Shown here in pieces: positions 1-9,724 of a stretch of DNA of 64,000 bases. Made by a program: the position numbers and the translations under genes. Each line of letters begins with the position of its first letter. Within the stretch, counting starts at the first letter, position 1. This DNA comes from Dehalococcoidia bacterium (GTDB lineage Bacteria; Chloroflexota; Dehalococcoidia; Plut-88900). The DNA lies in assembly GCA_965207225.1 (NCBI GenBank), contig CBDBLV010000005.1, positions 1,024,001 to 1,088,000 of the forward strand, read 5' to 3'. The notes under the pieces were generated by a model. The model saw only the letters and a program-made list of their open reading frames with translations, had not been told where the DNA came from and did no database searches.

Positions 1-10
1 CCCGTGGCAA
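1..10 (-). CDS. rplT: 50S ribosomal protein L20, first codons only (runs off window)
   Basis: Minus strand reads GGAGAG (SD) then TTG CCA CGG G.. = M-P-R-(V), directly downstream of rpmI; infC-rpmI-rplT order is conserved. Confidence 0.65.
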
Positions 11-65
11 TGTATCTCTCCGGAGTTCAAATTGTAGGGTCGCTCTCCAAGCGCTCGGACCGCTG

Positions 66-269
66 CTACGGCAGGCCGTAGGGCAGTGTCTTTGATATCT
101 TACGCTTGTCGCTGGGGGACACGGCGTGCATTTCTGAATAGAGCCTCTTCACCCGCTTGGGCTTTTTCCTGCGCAGGTGGCTCTTCCCGCCCTTGGCCCT
201 GAGGATTTTCCCTGTTCCGGTAATGTGGAACCGTCTCTTGGCACCCTTATGCGTTTTCAGTTTTGGCAT
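66..269 (-). CDS. rpmI: 50S ribosomal protein L35
   Basis: [14 protein letters not shown]...GKSHL signature; follows infC. Confidence 0.97.
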   Translation of the reverse strand: MPKLKTHKGAKRRFHITGTGKILRAKGGKSHLRRKKPKRVKRLYSEMHAVSPSDKRKISKTLPYGLP

Positions 270-813
270 CTGCTTCCTCTGGAGCCGATATCTGGGCCCC
301 GTCTCTGCGGCCCGGAACTAGCACCATGCTCATCATACGTCGTTCCATGACGGGTGGGGTCTCCACGCGTGCGCTGTCCATCAGGGACCTGGCTACCTTG
401 CCCAGCAGCTGGTTCCCGATCTCCGGGTGAGTCATTTCCCTCCCCCGGAACTGGACCGACACCTTCACCTTGTCGCCTTCAGCAAGAAACTCGCGAATCT
501 TACCGGTCTTGCGCTGCATGTCGTGGTCGCCTATCCGCGTTCTCATCCTCACCTCACGCATGGCTGAGGACTTCTGGGCCTTCTTGGCTTCTCGCTCCTT
601 CTTTGCCTGCTCGTAACGGAATTTTCCGTAGTCCATCAGGCGGCAAACAGGAGGATCAGTGTTGGGAGCCACCTCCACCACGTCGACGCCGTTTTCCCGA
701 GCGACTCTGATCGCCTCCGGAACCGGCATCACCCCCAACTGCTCGTTCTCCAACCCGATCACCAGGACCTCGCGCGCTCGTATTCTTCCGTTGGTTCTGT
801 AGTCTCGGACTAT
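247..813 (-). CDS. infC: Translation initiation factor IF-3 (non-canonical ATA start)
   Basis: [21 protein letters not shown] and QFRGRE motifs. SD GAGAGGT lies 7 nt before the in-frame ATA at 813-811; the ORF-track start at 870 has no SD. Confidence 0.95.
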   Translation of the reverse strand: MVRDYRTNGRIRAREVLVIGLENEQLGVMPVPEAIRVARENGVDVVEVAPNTDPPVCRLMDYGKFRYEQAKKEREAKKAQKSSAMREVRMRTRIGDHDMQRKTGKIREFLAEGDKVKVSVQFRGREMTHPEIGNQLLGKVARSLMDSARVETPPVMERRMMSMVLVPGRRDGAQISAPEEADAKTENA

Positions 814-1028
814 GCGTGTTACCTCTCTACAATATGTGCTGAGACCGCGAAAGTGGCGGGAATATAGCACAAGGCTATTTAGGCGTCAATTTCCCACCTC
901 CGGACGCCCGGCAGTATTATATAACAACTCTAGCCTCCGCCCTAATTTGCGTGACCGGTCATTCTATACTTGCGCCATAGATGGCTATAGTTTGGAATGC
1001 CCGTCGTCTGTTTGCTACCATTGGCATC

Positions 1029-1721
1029 GTGAGAGCCAGCAGATTACATCCTTGGGACATATCTCCGTCCGAAGCCGTCGGTATACAACGCCGACTAGCG
1101 GACCGGGTAATCGTCAGCTCCCTCGAGCAGGAGCCAAAGCTGGTGGCTGGTTTGGATATATCGGGTGTGGGTTCGGAAGGCCGGGCCGCGGTGGCCGTGG
1201 TAGTCCTGACCTACCCTGAATTGGAAACAGTCGAGTGCCGCGTTGCTCACTCTGAAGTGACATTCCCATATGTCCCGGGACTGCTCTCCTTCAGAGAGAC
1301 CCCCGTCCTCTCCCCTGTGCTTGAGTCCCTTGACACCACGCCTGACATGCTGCTTATCGACGGCCAAGGCATTGCCCACCCGAGGCGCTTTGGCATAGCG
1401 TGTCACCTTGGCCTGCTTTTCGACATACCTGCTATCGGATGTGCAAAATCAAGACTAACCGGTTCTTTCAATGAACCTGCACTGGTCAAGGGGTCTTATT
1501 CGGTGCTCAAGGACGGCGACGAGACGATAGGCGCTGCGCTGAGGAGCCGTGATGGGACGAGACCCATTTTCGTGTCCGTGGGACACAAGGTAGATCTTGC
1601 CTCGGCCATTCGTATAGTCCTGAAATGTGCCCCAAAATACCGCATTCCGGAACCCACGCGTCGGGCCCACCTGGCGGCGGCGGGAAAGATCGCTCCATGC
1701 AGCCTTGGGAAAGGATGTTAA
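1029..1721 (+). CDS. nfi: Endonuclease V (deoxyinosine 3' endonuclease)
   Basis: FPYVPGLLSFRE, DGQGIAHPRRFGIACHLG, IGCAKS and PEPTR motifs; start GTG 1029 (alternative ATG 981). Confidence 0.95.
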   Translation: MRASRLHPWDISPSEAVGIQRRLADRVIVSSLEQEPKLVAGLDISGVGSEGRAAVAVVVLTYPELETVECRVAHSEVTFPYVPGLLSFRETPVLSPVLESLDTTPDMLLIDGQGIAHPRRFGIACHLGLLFDIPAIGCAKSRLTGSFNEPALVKGSYSVLKDGDETIGAALRSRDGTRPIFVSVGHKVDLASAIRIVLKCAPKYRIPEPTRRAHLAAAGKIAPCSLGKGC

Positions 1722-1781
1722 AATCATTCATCAGCATTAGTTGCATATCACATTGGGGCTACGCCCGACAAAGAGAGCGTT

Positions 1782-2892
1782 ATGGAAGAGCAGAAGCGTG
1801 AAATAGAAGAACTGCGCACCCGCACCACCTATCTCCTCGACCGTCTTTGACATCGCCGGCAAGAAATTGCAGGTCGAGTCGTTGGAGAAGGAAGCCTCCG
1901 GCCCCGATCTGTGGAATGACCCCAATTATGCCCAGGCCACCATGCGCCGCCTCTCTCGGCTCAATGAAGAGGTCGCTCTCTGGAGCGATCTGGAGAGCAG
2001 CGTAGGCGCCCTCTCCGATCTCATTGACCTCTCTGTGGAGACGGGAGACCTTTCCCTGGAAGGCCAGATAGTCAGTGAGATTTCCGAGATTCGATCGCGA
2101 CTGGACAGGCTGGAGTTCAACCTCGCCCTAAACGGCAAGTACGACCGGGACTCGGCTCTAGTGGCCATACACTCGGGGGCCGGGGGTACCGAGTCCCAGG
2201 ACTGGGCCGAGACCCTGATGCGAATGTATCTCCGCTGGGGTGACGCCAAGGGACGAGAGACACGGGTCTTGGACTTGTCCCCGGGCGAAGAGGCTGGCAT
2301 AAAGAGCGTCACCCTGGAGATAGACGGGGCATGGGCCTACGGTTATCTGAAGTCGGAGCGGGGTGTCCACCGGCTGGTCAGACTGTCGCCCTTTGATGCC
2401 GACCACCTTCGCCATACATCTTTCGCCTTGGTCGAGGTGCTTCCCCAAGCGGAAGATGACATAGATATCACCGTAGACCCGGAGGACGTCAAAATCGACT
2501 ATTTCAAGTCCAGCGGCGCGGGCGGGCAGCACGTACAAAAGAACCTCACGGCGGTAAGGCTTACCCACGCTCCCACAGGCATAGTGGTCACCTGTCAAAA
2601 TGAGCGGTCCCAACTCCAGAACCGGGAAACCGCCATGAAGGTCCTGCGCTCCAGGCTTTTGGAAATCGAACTGAACAAGAAGGCCGAGGAGCAGGCCAAG
2701 CTCAAGGGAGAACACGTAGAAGCAGGCTGGGGGAACCAGATCCGCTCCTACGTCCTGCACCCCTACAAGCTCGTGAAGGACCACCGCTCGGGGTTTGAGT
2801 CGACCAGCCCGGAGGCAGTGCTGGAGGGGGAGATCGACCCGTTGCTCGACGCCTACCTCAAAGCGATGATCGGGACCGGCACGGCAGTTTAA
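1782..2892 (+). CDS. prfB: Peptide chain release factor 2, programmed +1 frameshift at CTT TGA C (1845-1851)
   Basis: ATG 1782 is in frame with CTT-TGA at 1845-1850; the +1 frame continues into the ORF with SPF and GGQ motifs. Confidence 0.96.
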
Positions 2893-3527
2893 GAGCTTGC
2901 GGTATCGCCTTCGGTAGCCTTCTTCACCTGCCAGAGCCTTTGGGCGGCGGTGACATAAGAGAAGAAGGTCAGGATCAGTAATACGGGCGGCACCTGGTTG
3001 ATCAGCAGCCCGAGACCCATCAGCACCACCCGCTCCCCTCGAGACAGCAGCCCCACGTTGCAGTCTATTCCCTCGCCCTCGGCTCGCGCCTTGATATAGC
3101 TCACCAGCACCGACCCGAACATGGCCGCGAATACCAGGAGCACGTTGGGCAACTGGCCGAGGCCGCTATAAAGGGCCAGCAGCCCGAAGAGTAGTGCTGC
3201 CTCGCCAAGCCTGTCGAAGGTTGAGTCCAACACCGCCCCGAACTTGCTCTGCTGGCCCGTCAGCCTGGCCATAGCCCCATCCACCAAGTCCAACGCGCCT
3301 GCAGCCAAGACCAGGGCTCCCGCCTCGGGTAGCCTTCCATTTGCTGCAACGGCGCCCGCCGCTGCGGCAATTACGCCGCCCGCCACGGTAATCTTGTTCG
3401 GTGTAAACCCCATACCCGACAGCACCCGAGCGGTCGGATTGGAGAACCGCTCCGTGAGCAGGTCCTTCGCCTTGTCTCGCAGGTGAGCGGTGTCCAGGAA
3501 GACTGTTCGTTTACTATCCTTCTTCAT
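2889..3527 (-). CDS. CDP-alcohol phosphatidyltransferase (phosphatidylinositol-phosphate synthase-like)
   Basis: DLVDGAMAR...G..LDSTFDR CDP-alcohol motif and TPN motif; clustered with PimA- and PatA-like genes. Confidence 0.88.
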   Translation of the reverse strand: MKKDSKRTVFLDTAHLRDKAKDLLTERFSNPTARVLSGMGFTPNKITVAGGVIAAAAGAVAANGRLPEAGALVLAAGALDLVDGAMARLTGQQSKFGAVLDSTFDRLGEAALLFGLLALYSGLGQLPNVLLVFAAMFGSVLVSYIKARAEGEGIDCNVGLLSRGERVVLMGLGLLINQVPPVLLILTFFSYVTAAQRLWQVKKATEGDTASS

Positions 3528-3573
3528 GGGGACGCACCAATGCAAAGGGTTGCATTATAGCGGGGCATCGGCG

Positions 3574-4746
3574 TTAGTTTAACTCGGCTGCCATCCTGGC
3601 TTCGTGGTTGGCCTGGGCCTCTTCATAGACACGCATGACCCGCGCCGCCACCTTGTCCCAGCTAAACTCCTGTACGTGGGCAAGTCCGCGATTGGCCATT
3701 GCTACCCTCAGGGTCTCATCCTCGATGAGTCGGGCAAGTTTCGAGGCCAGGGCGTCGTCATCTTTTGGCGGCACGAGGAACCCCTGCACTCCTTCGCTCA
3801 TTACCCCAGCATACCCAATGATATTGGAAGCTACAACGGCAGACCTGGTGGCCATCCCTTCAAGGAGCACTATGCCGAAGCTCTCCTTGCCCGTTGCCGG
3901 GGAGCAGTAGATGTCAGCGGTGCGGTAGTAGCGGGGCAGTTCCTCGTGGTGAACGTTGCCCACAACGACTACATCCGAGGGGTTGCGTTCGCCGAGGAGC
4001 CGCGCGGAGTCGGCGTCCATGTTCCCGGGCCCGACTATCAACAGCCTGATCTTCGGATAGTCCCACTTCAGCTTGGAATAGGCGCTAATTAGATATTTCA
4101 GTCCCTTGCGCTTCTCCATTCTCCCAACGAAAAGAATATTGACATAACCATCGTTATACTGTTCCAGGGGTTTTACGGATGGATTGAAAGTCTGGAGGTC
4201 AATGCCATTGGGGATGATGTTGTATTCGCTGGGAAAGTGCTTCGATATGAATTCCAGCGCCGCCTGGGACACGGCGATTTTGGCGTCCAGCCGACTCAGC
4301 CAGCGCTTCCTCACGTACCTGTTGAAAATGGTATATAGCCTGTCTGCACTGGATACGCCTATGACCCGGCGGTTGCCGTGAAAGGCGTGGAAAGTTGCCA
4401 CGTTGACGGCTTTGGAGTTTCTCAGAATGGTGGTGGGGAGGGTAGGGCAGAACGGCTCGTGGAAATGAAGGACGTCGAAATTCTCCCGCTCGAGGATGGG
4501 GATTACTTTGCTCGTGAGTCGAGGGGAAATGACAATGCGGGCCGTGGTGCCCGCAGTGTGAAGGGGGATGGACCACCCGAGGGGTATCAATTTGTCGGCT
4601 CCGAACTGGTCGGTCTCCCGGGAGCAGGGAGCGATTATGCGGACGCGGTGGCCTTCCTTGGCGAACTGCTCCGCGAGGTTTGCCACGTGAAGGTTAACGC
4701 CCCCCGGGTATCCGAAGTCATATATCGAAACGAAGCCTATATTCAA
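3574..4746 (-). CDS. GT4 glycosyltransferase, PimA-like phosphatidylinositol mannosyltransferase
   Basis: YDFGYPGGV, LHFHEP, ATFH, RKG and ESFGIVLLEGM motifs; TTG start overlaps the upstream TGA (TTGA, 4743-4746). Confidence 0.88.
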   Translation of the reverse strand: MNIGFVSIYDFGYPGGVNLHVANLAEQFAKEGHRVRIIAPCSRETDQFGADKLIPLGWSIPLHTAGTTARIVISPRLTSKVIPILERENFDVLHFHEPFCPTLPTTILRNSKAVNVATFHAFHGNRRVIGVSSADRLYTIFNRYVRKRWLSRLDAKIAVSQAALEFISKHFPSEYNIIPNGIDLQTFNPSVKPLEQYNDGYVNILFVGRMEKRKGLKYLISAYSKLKWDYPKIRLLIVGPGNMDADSARLLGERNPSDVVVVGNVHHEELPRYYRTADIYCSPATGKESFGIVLLEGMATRSAVVASNIIGYAGVMSEGVQGFLVPPKDDDALASKLARLIEDETLRVAMANRGLAHVQEFSWDKVAARVMRVYEEAQANHEARMAAELN

Positions 4747-5744
4747 TGCTCTGTGGATGTAGTCGAGGCCTTTGATACCCCGGCCCGACTCCCGTTTGAG
4801 CCTATTGATCTGTGTCCCACTCCGTTCAATGCTCTCCTGCCACTGGTCAACGATGCGGTCTTCAGTGGGACGGATGACTCTTCGCGCCATATCGGTTCGA
4901 AGACCATCCATTGCTCGGGGTGACGGCTAATGTACTCCTCCATCAGGTTAACGATTCTTGAAAGCCCGGATTCTATGCACTCTTCACGCCCCGCTTCACG
5001 GTCCAATATGATCGGGGGTTCGAAGTGCATGGAGAACTTGTAGCCTTTTTCCCTGAAGGTGAATGCGGGCAATATGGCCGCTCCGGTGCGGTAGGCCATC
5101 TCCACTCCGCCAATCGGCAGCAACGCTTCATGTCCGAAGAACGGCCGGTGTTGACCGCTGCCCTGCAAGGCCCGGTCGCAGGCGATGGCCACAAGCTCAC
5201 CCTTCTGCAACTTCTTCATGGCGACTTTAATGCCGGAATATGTCACGGGGAGTATGGAAATGCCGTTAAAGCTCCGGAGGCTGCTGGTCTTACGGTACAG
5301 CTGCTCGGGCTCTTCGACCTCGGCCAGGATGGTCACATTGACGCCCCGGGCCCTAATTACCTGGATGGACATGTCCATATTCCCCATGTGGATGGATGCC
5401 AGCACCACCCCCTTTCCACGAGCTATCGCACTATCCATGTGCTCCCACCCGTGTACCGTGACTGGCCTTTCCAGTGTAGAGGGGTCCCTTCGGGGGATGT
5501 TGATCAGGTCGAAAGTGTTCCGGGACGCGTTCCGAAATGCTTCGAGAGCGAGGCGATTAAGCTCATTATCATGGGCATCCGGGCCGAGGACGTGCCGCAG
5601 GTTTTCGGTTATCCCGGCCTTGGCGCTTCGAGAAGTGAGGAAGATAAGGTCCGCTACGATGCGAGCGATGAAATATCCAACCCTCCTGGGCAGGGGAGCA
5701 ACAAGGGCTACGGCGGTAAGCAGTGCGAAGTACTTCCAAATCAT
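4743..5744 (-). CDS. Lysophospholipid/lipid A-type acyltransferase (PatA-like)
   Basis: HMGNMD (HxGNxD), DR and HPEQW motifs; N-terminal hydrophobic segment. Confidence 0.85.
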   Translation of the reverse strand: MIWKYFALLTAVALVAPLPRRVGYFIARIVADLIFLTSRSAKAGITENLRHVLGPDAHDNELNRLALEAFRNASRNTFDLINIPRRDPSTLERPVTVHGWEHMDSAIARGKGVVLASIHMGNMDMSIQVIRARGVNVTILAEVEEPEQLYRKTSSLRSFNGISILPVTYSGIKVAMKKLQKGELVAIACDRALQGSGQHRPFFGHEALLPIGGVEMAYRTGAAILPAFTFREKGYKFSMHFEPPIILDREAGREECIESGLSRIVNLMEEYISRHPEQWMVFEPIWREESSVPLKTASLTSGRRALNGVGHRSIGSNGSRAGVSKASTTSTEH

Positions 5745-6104
5745 CAGGCGATTGGGGGCGTTTGTAATCCTTGTTGCCGTGCGAGCCAAGGCAGCGAAGA
5801 AGGATGAGAGGAGGCGAGGATTGCGTCGAGTAGAGGAGTTCGGGAAAGGGTCTCGGGGGTCTGACGTACTGGGGATTTGCTCACTGCGCCCTGTTCGAGC
5901 CCTGATGAAGTTCGCTGGTTTATCCGGCTGTCCCTGTGGCGACGCCTCGACCGGTGACCATCCGCAGGTGTGCAGACAGCCACCCCACCCCCTCCTGATT
6001 TCTCCGTGACTTTAGCAATCGTGCCTGTGACTGTCAAGTTTGGCGGCTTCGAGCGCTGGTCCGTGGCGGCCTTGCCGTTCCACTTCGGAACAGAGGCACA
6101 GGCA

Positions 6105-7058
6105 TCATTCATTCCGAGATGCGAAAACCCGCTTGGGACTCCACGGGCCCCGGGGGGTGGGGGCGGAAATGACTGCCAGGAATCGCCCTTCCTGGGAGTA
6201 GGCCCTGCAAAATATCAACTCTCCGGGCTCTCTGTAGGCATTGGATATCTGGGCGGCAGCCGTGGAGATCTTGTCGTAGTCCAGGTAGGACACTGGGATG
6301 GGCTGGCCGTTCGTCGTGGCCCTTTCCGCTCTCTTATCCAGGATGGCAGCCGGCATATTACCGAGAGCGAAGTCCATGGGGAAAAGCAAGTCCTGCCAGG
6401 TTCCACCTTGCACGGCCTCCTCAAATTGTTCGGGCGTTACCGATTCAGATATGTCGAAGGGCCCCGTGCGAAGCCTGACAAGCTCCGTGAGATGGGCCCC
6501 GACCCCCAACTCTTGACCTATATCATGGGCCAATGACCTGACGTACGTACCCCTACCGCAGTCGACATAGATGGCTGCGCAGGGAGGGTCCCAGGAAACG
6601 ATTTGCAGTTTGTGGACCATAGTCTCCCGCTTAGGCCGCTCGATGGTGATGCCCTCTCGGGCCAGCTCGTAGAGCCGCTTGCCCTCGTGTTTCAAGGCGC
6701 TGTACATGGGTGGTTCCTGGAGTATTATTCCGCGAAACGAACCCATGGACTCCTCAACTTCCCTCAGGGTCAGATTGGAGGCGTCCTTTTCTTCGGTGAC
6801 AGTCCCTTCGGCGTCATAGGTGTCCGTAGACACCCCGAACTTCATCACGGCGCGGTAGCTCTTGCTCGAATCAGCCAGGAATTCGCTTACCCTAGTCGCC
6901 CGCCCCAAGCATATAGGCAACACCCCAACAGCTAGGGGGTCCAGCGTTCCCCCATGTCCCACCTTCTTTTCGCCCGACAGCCTCCTGATTCGCTTCACCA
7001 TATCGAAGGAAGTGCAGTCTACAGGCTTACAGAGGTTCAATATTCCCGAAACGGTCAA
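6105..7058 (-). CDS. truB: tRNA pseudouridine(55) synthase
   Basis: GHGGTLDPLAVGVL, PPMYSALK and GTYVRSLAHD motifs. Confidence 0.97.
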   Translation of the reverse strand: MTVSGILNLCKPVDCTSFDMVKRIRRLSGEKKVGHGGTLDPLAVGVLPICLGRATRVSEFLADSSKSYRAVMKFGVSTDTYDAEGTVTEEKDASNLTLREVEESMGSFRGIILQEPPMYSALKHEGKRLYELAREGITIERPKRETMVHKLQIVSWDPPCAAIYVDCGRGTYVRSLAHDIGQELGVGAHLTELVRLRTGPFDISESVTPEQFEEAVQGGTWQDLLFPMDFALGNMPAAILDKRAERATTNGQPIPVSYLDYDKISTAAAQISNAYREPGELIFCRAYSQEGRFLAVISAPTPRGPWSPKRVFASRNE

Positions 7059-7429
7059 TTCCCCCCCGTTGTCTCGGCGCCTTCGTCGGCAAATTCGAAG
7101 CTGTTGATAATGCTGTTAAGTTTGGCCCCGCGCTCAATCGAGTCGTCCAGATGGAAAGCCAACCGAGGTATGTAACGCAGCGAGAGTCGTTCTCCCAGAC
7201 TTCTCCGCAAGTAGCTTCCCGCCGCCTCCAAACCCTTCTCCACCTCTGACTTTTCCTCTTCTGTCCCCATCGCGCTCACAAAGACCGTAGCCTGTTTGAG
7301 GTCGTTGGATACGGAAACAGAGGTGATTGAAAGCATCCGGTTGAGCCTCGGGTCCCGGACGCTCCTCTGGAGGAGCACGCTGAGCTCCTCGCGTAGCAAT
7401 TCACTGACTCTTAAGGTGCGTCTGCTCAT
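7055..7429 (-). CDS. rbfA: Ribosome-binding factor A
   Basis: DPRL...LRYIPRLAFHLDDS; lies between infB and truB. Confidence 0.96.
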   Translation of the reverse strand: MSRRTLRVSELLREELSVLLQRSVRDPRLNRMLSITSVSVSNDLKQATVFVSAMGTEEEKSEVEKGLEAAGSYLRRSLGERLSLRYIPRLAFHLDDSIERGAKLNSIINSFEFADEGAETTGGN

Positions 7430-7487
7430 GGTGGAGTTCCGGTAGGAGATTGAAGGCCGGAGGGAAGGATGCTTTGGGTCCGGGGGG

Positions 7488-9314
7488 TTAGTTGGATGGT
7501 GCGGTGACCAGGTCTTTCCTGAAGGCTACCAACTCGTCGCCAGCCTCGAAATTGTCAAAAGCTTCAAGCCCGAGTCCACCCTCGGACCCCGAGGCGATCT
7601 CCCTCACGTTGTCCTTGAAGTGGCGCAGGCTCTTGATCTTGCCCTCGTAGACCGGGCTGCCGTTCCTAATCACCCGTATAATTGCGTTCCGGTTCAACCT
7701 CCCTTCCCCAACCCCAATGCCTGCCACCTTTCCGCCCTTCACGTCGAACACTTCCTTGACGACCGCCCGGGCCTCGACTGTTTCCCGGTAGACGGGCTCG
7801 AGCATGCCTGATACGGCAGCGGTGACGTAGTCCAGCATGTCGTAGATGATGTCGTAGTGCCGGATGTCGACGCCTTCAATGTCGGCGAGACGTCGAGCGC
7901 CGGCCTCATCTCTAGTGTTGAAGGCCAGTATGACCGCGTCCGAGGCGGAGGCAAGCAGCACGTCAGTCTCCGTCACAATGCCGCTGCTGGTACGGATCAC
8001 CTTGACTGCAACCTCGTCGGTGGAGATATCCTCAAGGGCGCTTCTCAGGGCTTCTCCGCTGCCCTCCACATCCGTTTTGAGGATTACGTTCAATTCCTTG
8101 CTGTATCCCACCCGAACCTGGGCTAGCAGGGCCTCTGCATCACCGTGTCCCTCGTCTCGGCCCGCCATTTGGCGCTCCCTGCGCTCGGCGGCTGAGGTCG
8201 CTTTTCGTCCGGTCTCCGCAGCCACGAGTATGTCGCCGGTTCTGGGAACGCTGTCGAATCCCAGCACCTCTACGGGCACAGCGGGGCCGGCCTCTCCCAT
8301 CTTCTGTCCCTGGTAGTCAAACAGGGCGCGGACCTTGCCTTTAATGTCACCGGCGAAGAACCTGTCCCCCGACTTCAGTGTCCCCGACTGGACCAAAACT
8401 GTGGCGATCGGGCCCCGGGCTGTGTCCAGCTTGGCCTCCACTACCACCCCCCGGGCCTTCCCCTCCGGGTTGCTCTTCAGCTCTGCAACCTCGGCAACGA
8501 GCACGATATTCTCAAGAAGGTCCTGTACGCCTTCCTGGGTCTTGGCTGAAAGGGGTACGACTATGGTGTCGCCGCCCCATTCCTCGGCAATGAGCCCGAC
8601 CTCGGATAGTTGCTGCTTTACCCGGTCCGGGTTGGCGCCGGGCACATCCATCTTGTTGAGCGCCACAATAATCGGCACTTCGGCTGCCTTTGCGTGGTCG
8701 ATGGCTTCCCGGGTTTGAGGCATGACGCCGTCGTCCGCGGCCACTACCAGCACGGCAATGTCGGTGACCTGCGCTCCTCGGGCCCGCATCGCCGTGAAGG
8801 CCTCGTGGCCGGGGGTGTCGAGGAACGTTACCGGTTGCCCGTCGACACCGACCTGGTATGCACCGATGTGCTGGGTGATGCCACCCTTCTCGGAAGCGGT
8901 GACGGAGGTGTTCCTTATGACGTCCAGCAGGGATGTCTTGCCGTGGTCTACGTGGCCCAGAATTGTGACTATCGGCGCCCTCGGCTCCAGGTCATCTTCC
9001 AGATCGACGTCTGACTCCTTGGCATCCTTGACGCCAGTGTCCCGAGACTCCTCCTGCTGGGGAGAGAACCCGAAGTCCGATGCAATGATCGAGGCAGTCT
9101 CGTAATCGATGACCTGGTTGATGTTGGCCATCACGCCGCGGCGCATGAGCTGCTTGATAACCTCGATGCCGCTGGCCCGCATCAGTTCCGACAGGCCCTG
9201 GACAGCGATGGCGCTGGGGATCTCCAGAGGGGGGCCTGACACTGGTCTCGTCTCGACGTTTACGCCCTGACGGACCCTTCTGCCTCTTGTGGTGTTTGAT
9301 TGACCTGAAACCAT
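7488..9314 (-). CDS. infB: Translation initiation factor IF-2 (short N-terminus)
   Basis: [26 protein letters not shown] and NKMD GTPase motifs. Confidence 0.98.
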   Translation of the reverse strand: MVSGQSNTTRGRRVRQGVNVETRPVSGPPLEIPSAIAVQGLSELMRASGIEVIKQLMRRGVMANINQVIDYETASIIASDFGFSPQQEESRDTGVKDAKESDVDLEDDLEPRAPIVTILGHVDHGKTSLLDVIRNTSVTASEKGGITQHIGAYQVGVDGQPVTFLDTPGHEAFTAMRARGAQVTDIAVLVVAADDGVMPQTREAIDHAKAAEVPIIVALNKMDVPGANPDRVKQQLSEVGLIAEEWGGDTIVVPLSAKTQEGVQDLLENIVLVAEVAELKSNPEGKARGVVVEAKLDTARGPIATVLVQSGTLKSGDRFFAGDIKGKVRALFDYQGQKMGEAGPAVPVEVLGFDSVPRTGDILVAAETGRKATSAAERRERQMAGRDEGHGDAEALLAQVRVGYSKELNVILKTDVEGSGEALRSALEDISTDEVAVKVIRTSSGIVTETDVLLASASDAVILAFNTRDEAGARRLADIEGVDIRHYDIIYDMLDYVTAAVSGMLEPVYRETVEARAVVKEVFDVKGGKVAGIGVGEGRLNRNAIIRVIRNGSPVYEGKIKSLRHFKDNVREIASGSEGGLGLEAFDNFEAGDELVAFRKDLVTAPSN

Positions 9315-9355
9315 CTGTATTCTGAGCTAACTCTTCAATATCTGTGTGCTGTTTC

Positions 9356-9673
9356 CTAAACTGACGCGGATTCCACAGCCTCTTCCTTCAACGATTCGGC
9401 CTTCTCCTTTACAAGGGCTAAGGCCTGAGCGGGAACCCGATAGTTCAGGGCTTTTTCCAGTCTTTGCGACTTTATCGCCCTCGTCCAGCATTCAGGGTTG
9501 CTGCAAAGATATGCCCCCCTCCCCGACATCTTGCCGCCAGGGTCCAGGGTGACTTCCCCGTTCGGGGTACGGACGACCCGGTTTAGCTGGCGCTTGTCGA
9601 ACACCCCGCGACAGGAGACGCAGGTGCGCTGTGGTGGCATGCGTCTCTGTTTGACAGCGATGTTCCTGGCCAA
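9356..9673 (-). CDS. ylxR: YlxR/DUF448 family RNA-binding protein
   Basis: PQRTCVSC...GRGAYLC...C motif; lies between nusA and infB. Confidence 0.92.
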   Translation of the reverse strand: MARNIAVKQRRMPPQRTCVSCRGVFDKRQLNRVVRTPNGEVTLDPGGKMSGRGAYLCSNPECWTRAIKSQRLEKALNYRVPAQALALVKEKAESLKEEAVESASV

Positions 9674-9724
9674 CCTTTTTTACCATTTCTGACCCGGCGC
9701 CTGCATCCTGGTCTCTGACCCAGA

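Noticed and set aside
5744-6112. 122-aa ORF after truB (where ribF often lies)
   Set aside because: No ribF or other motif; low-information sequence.
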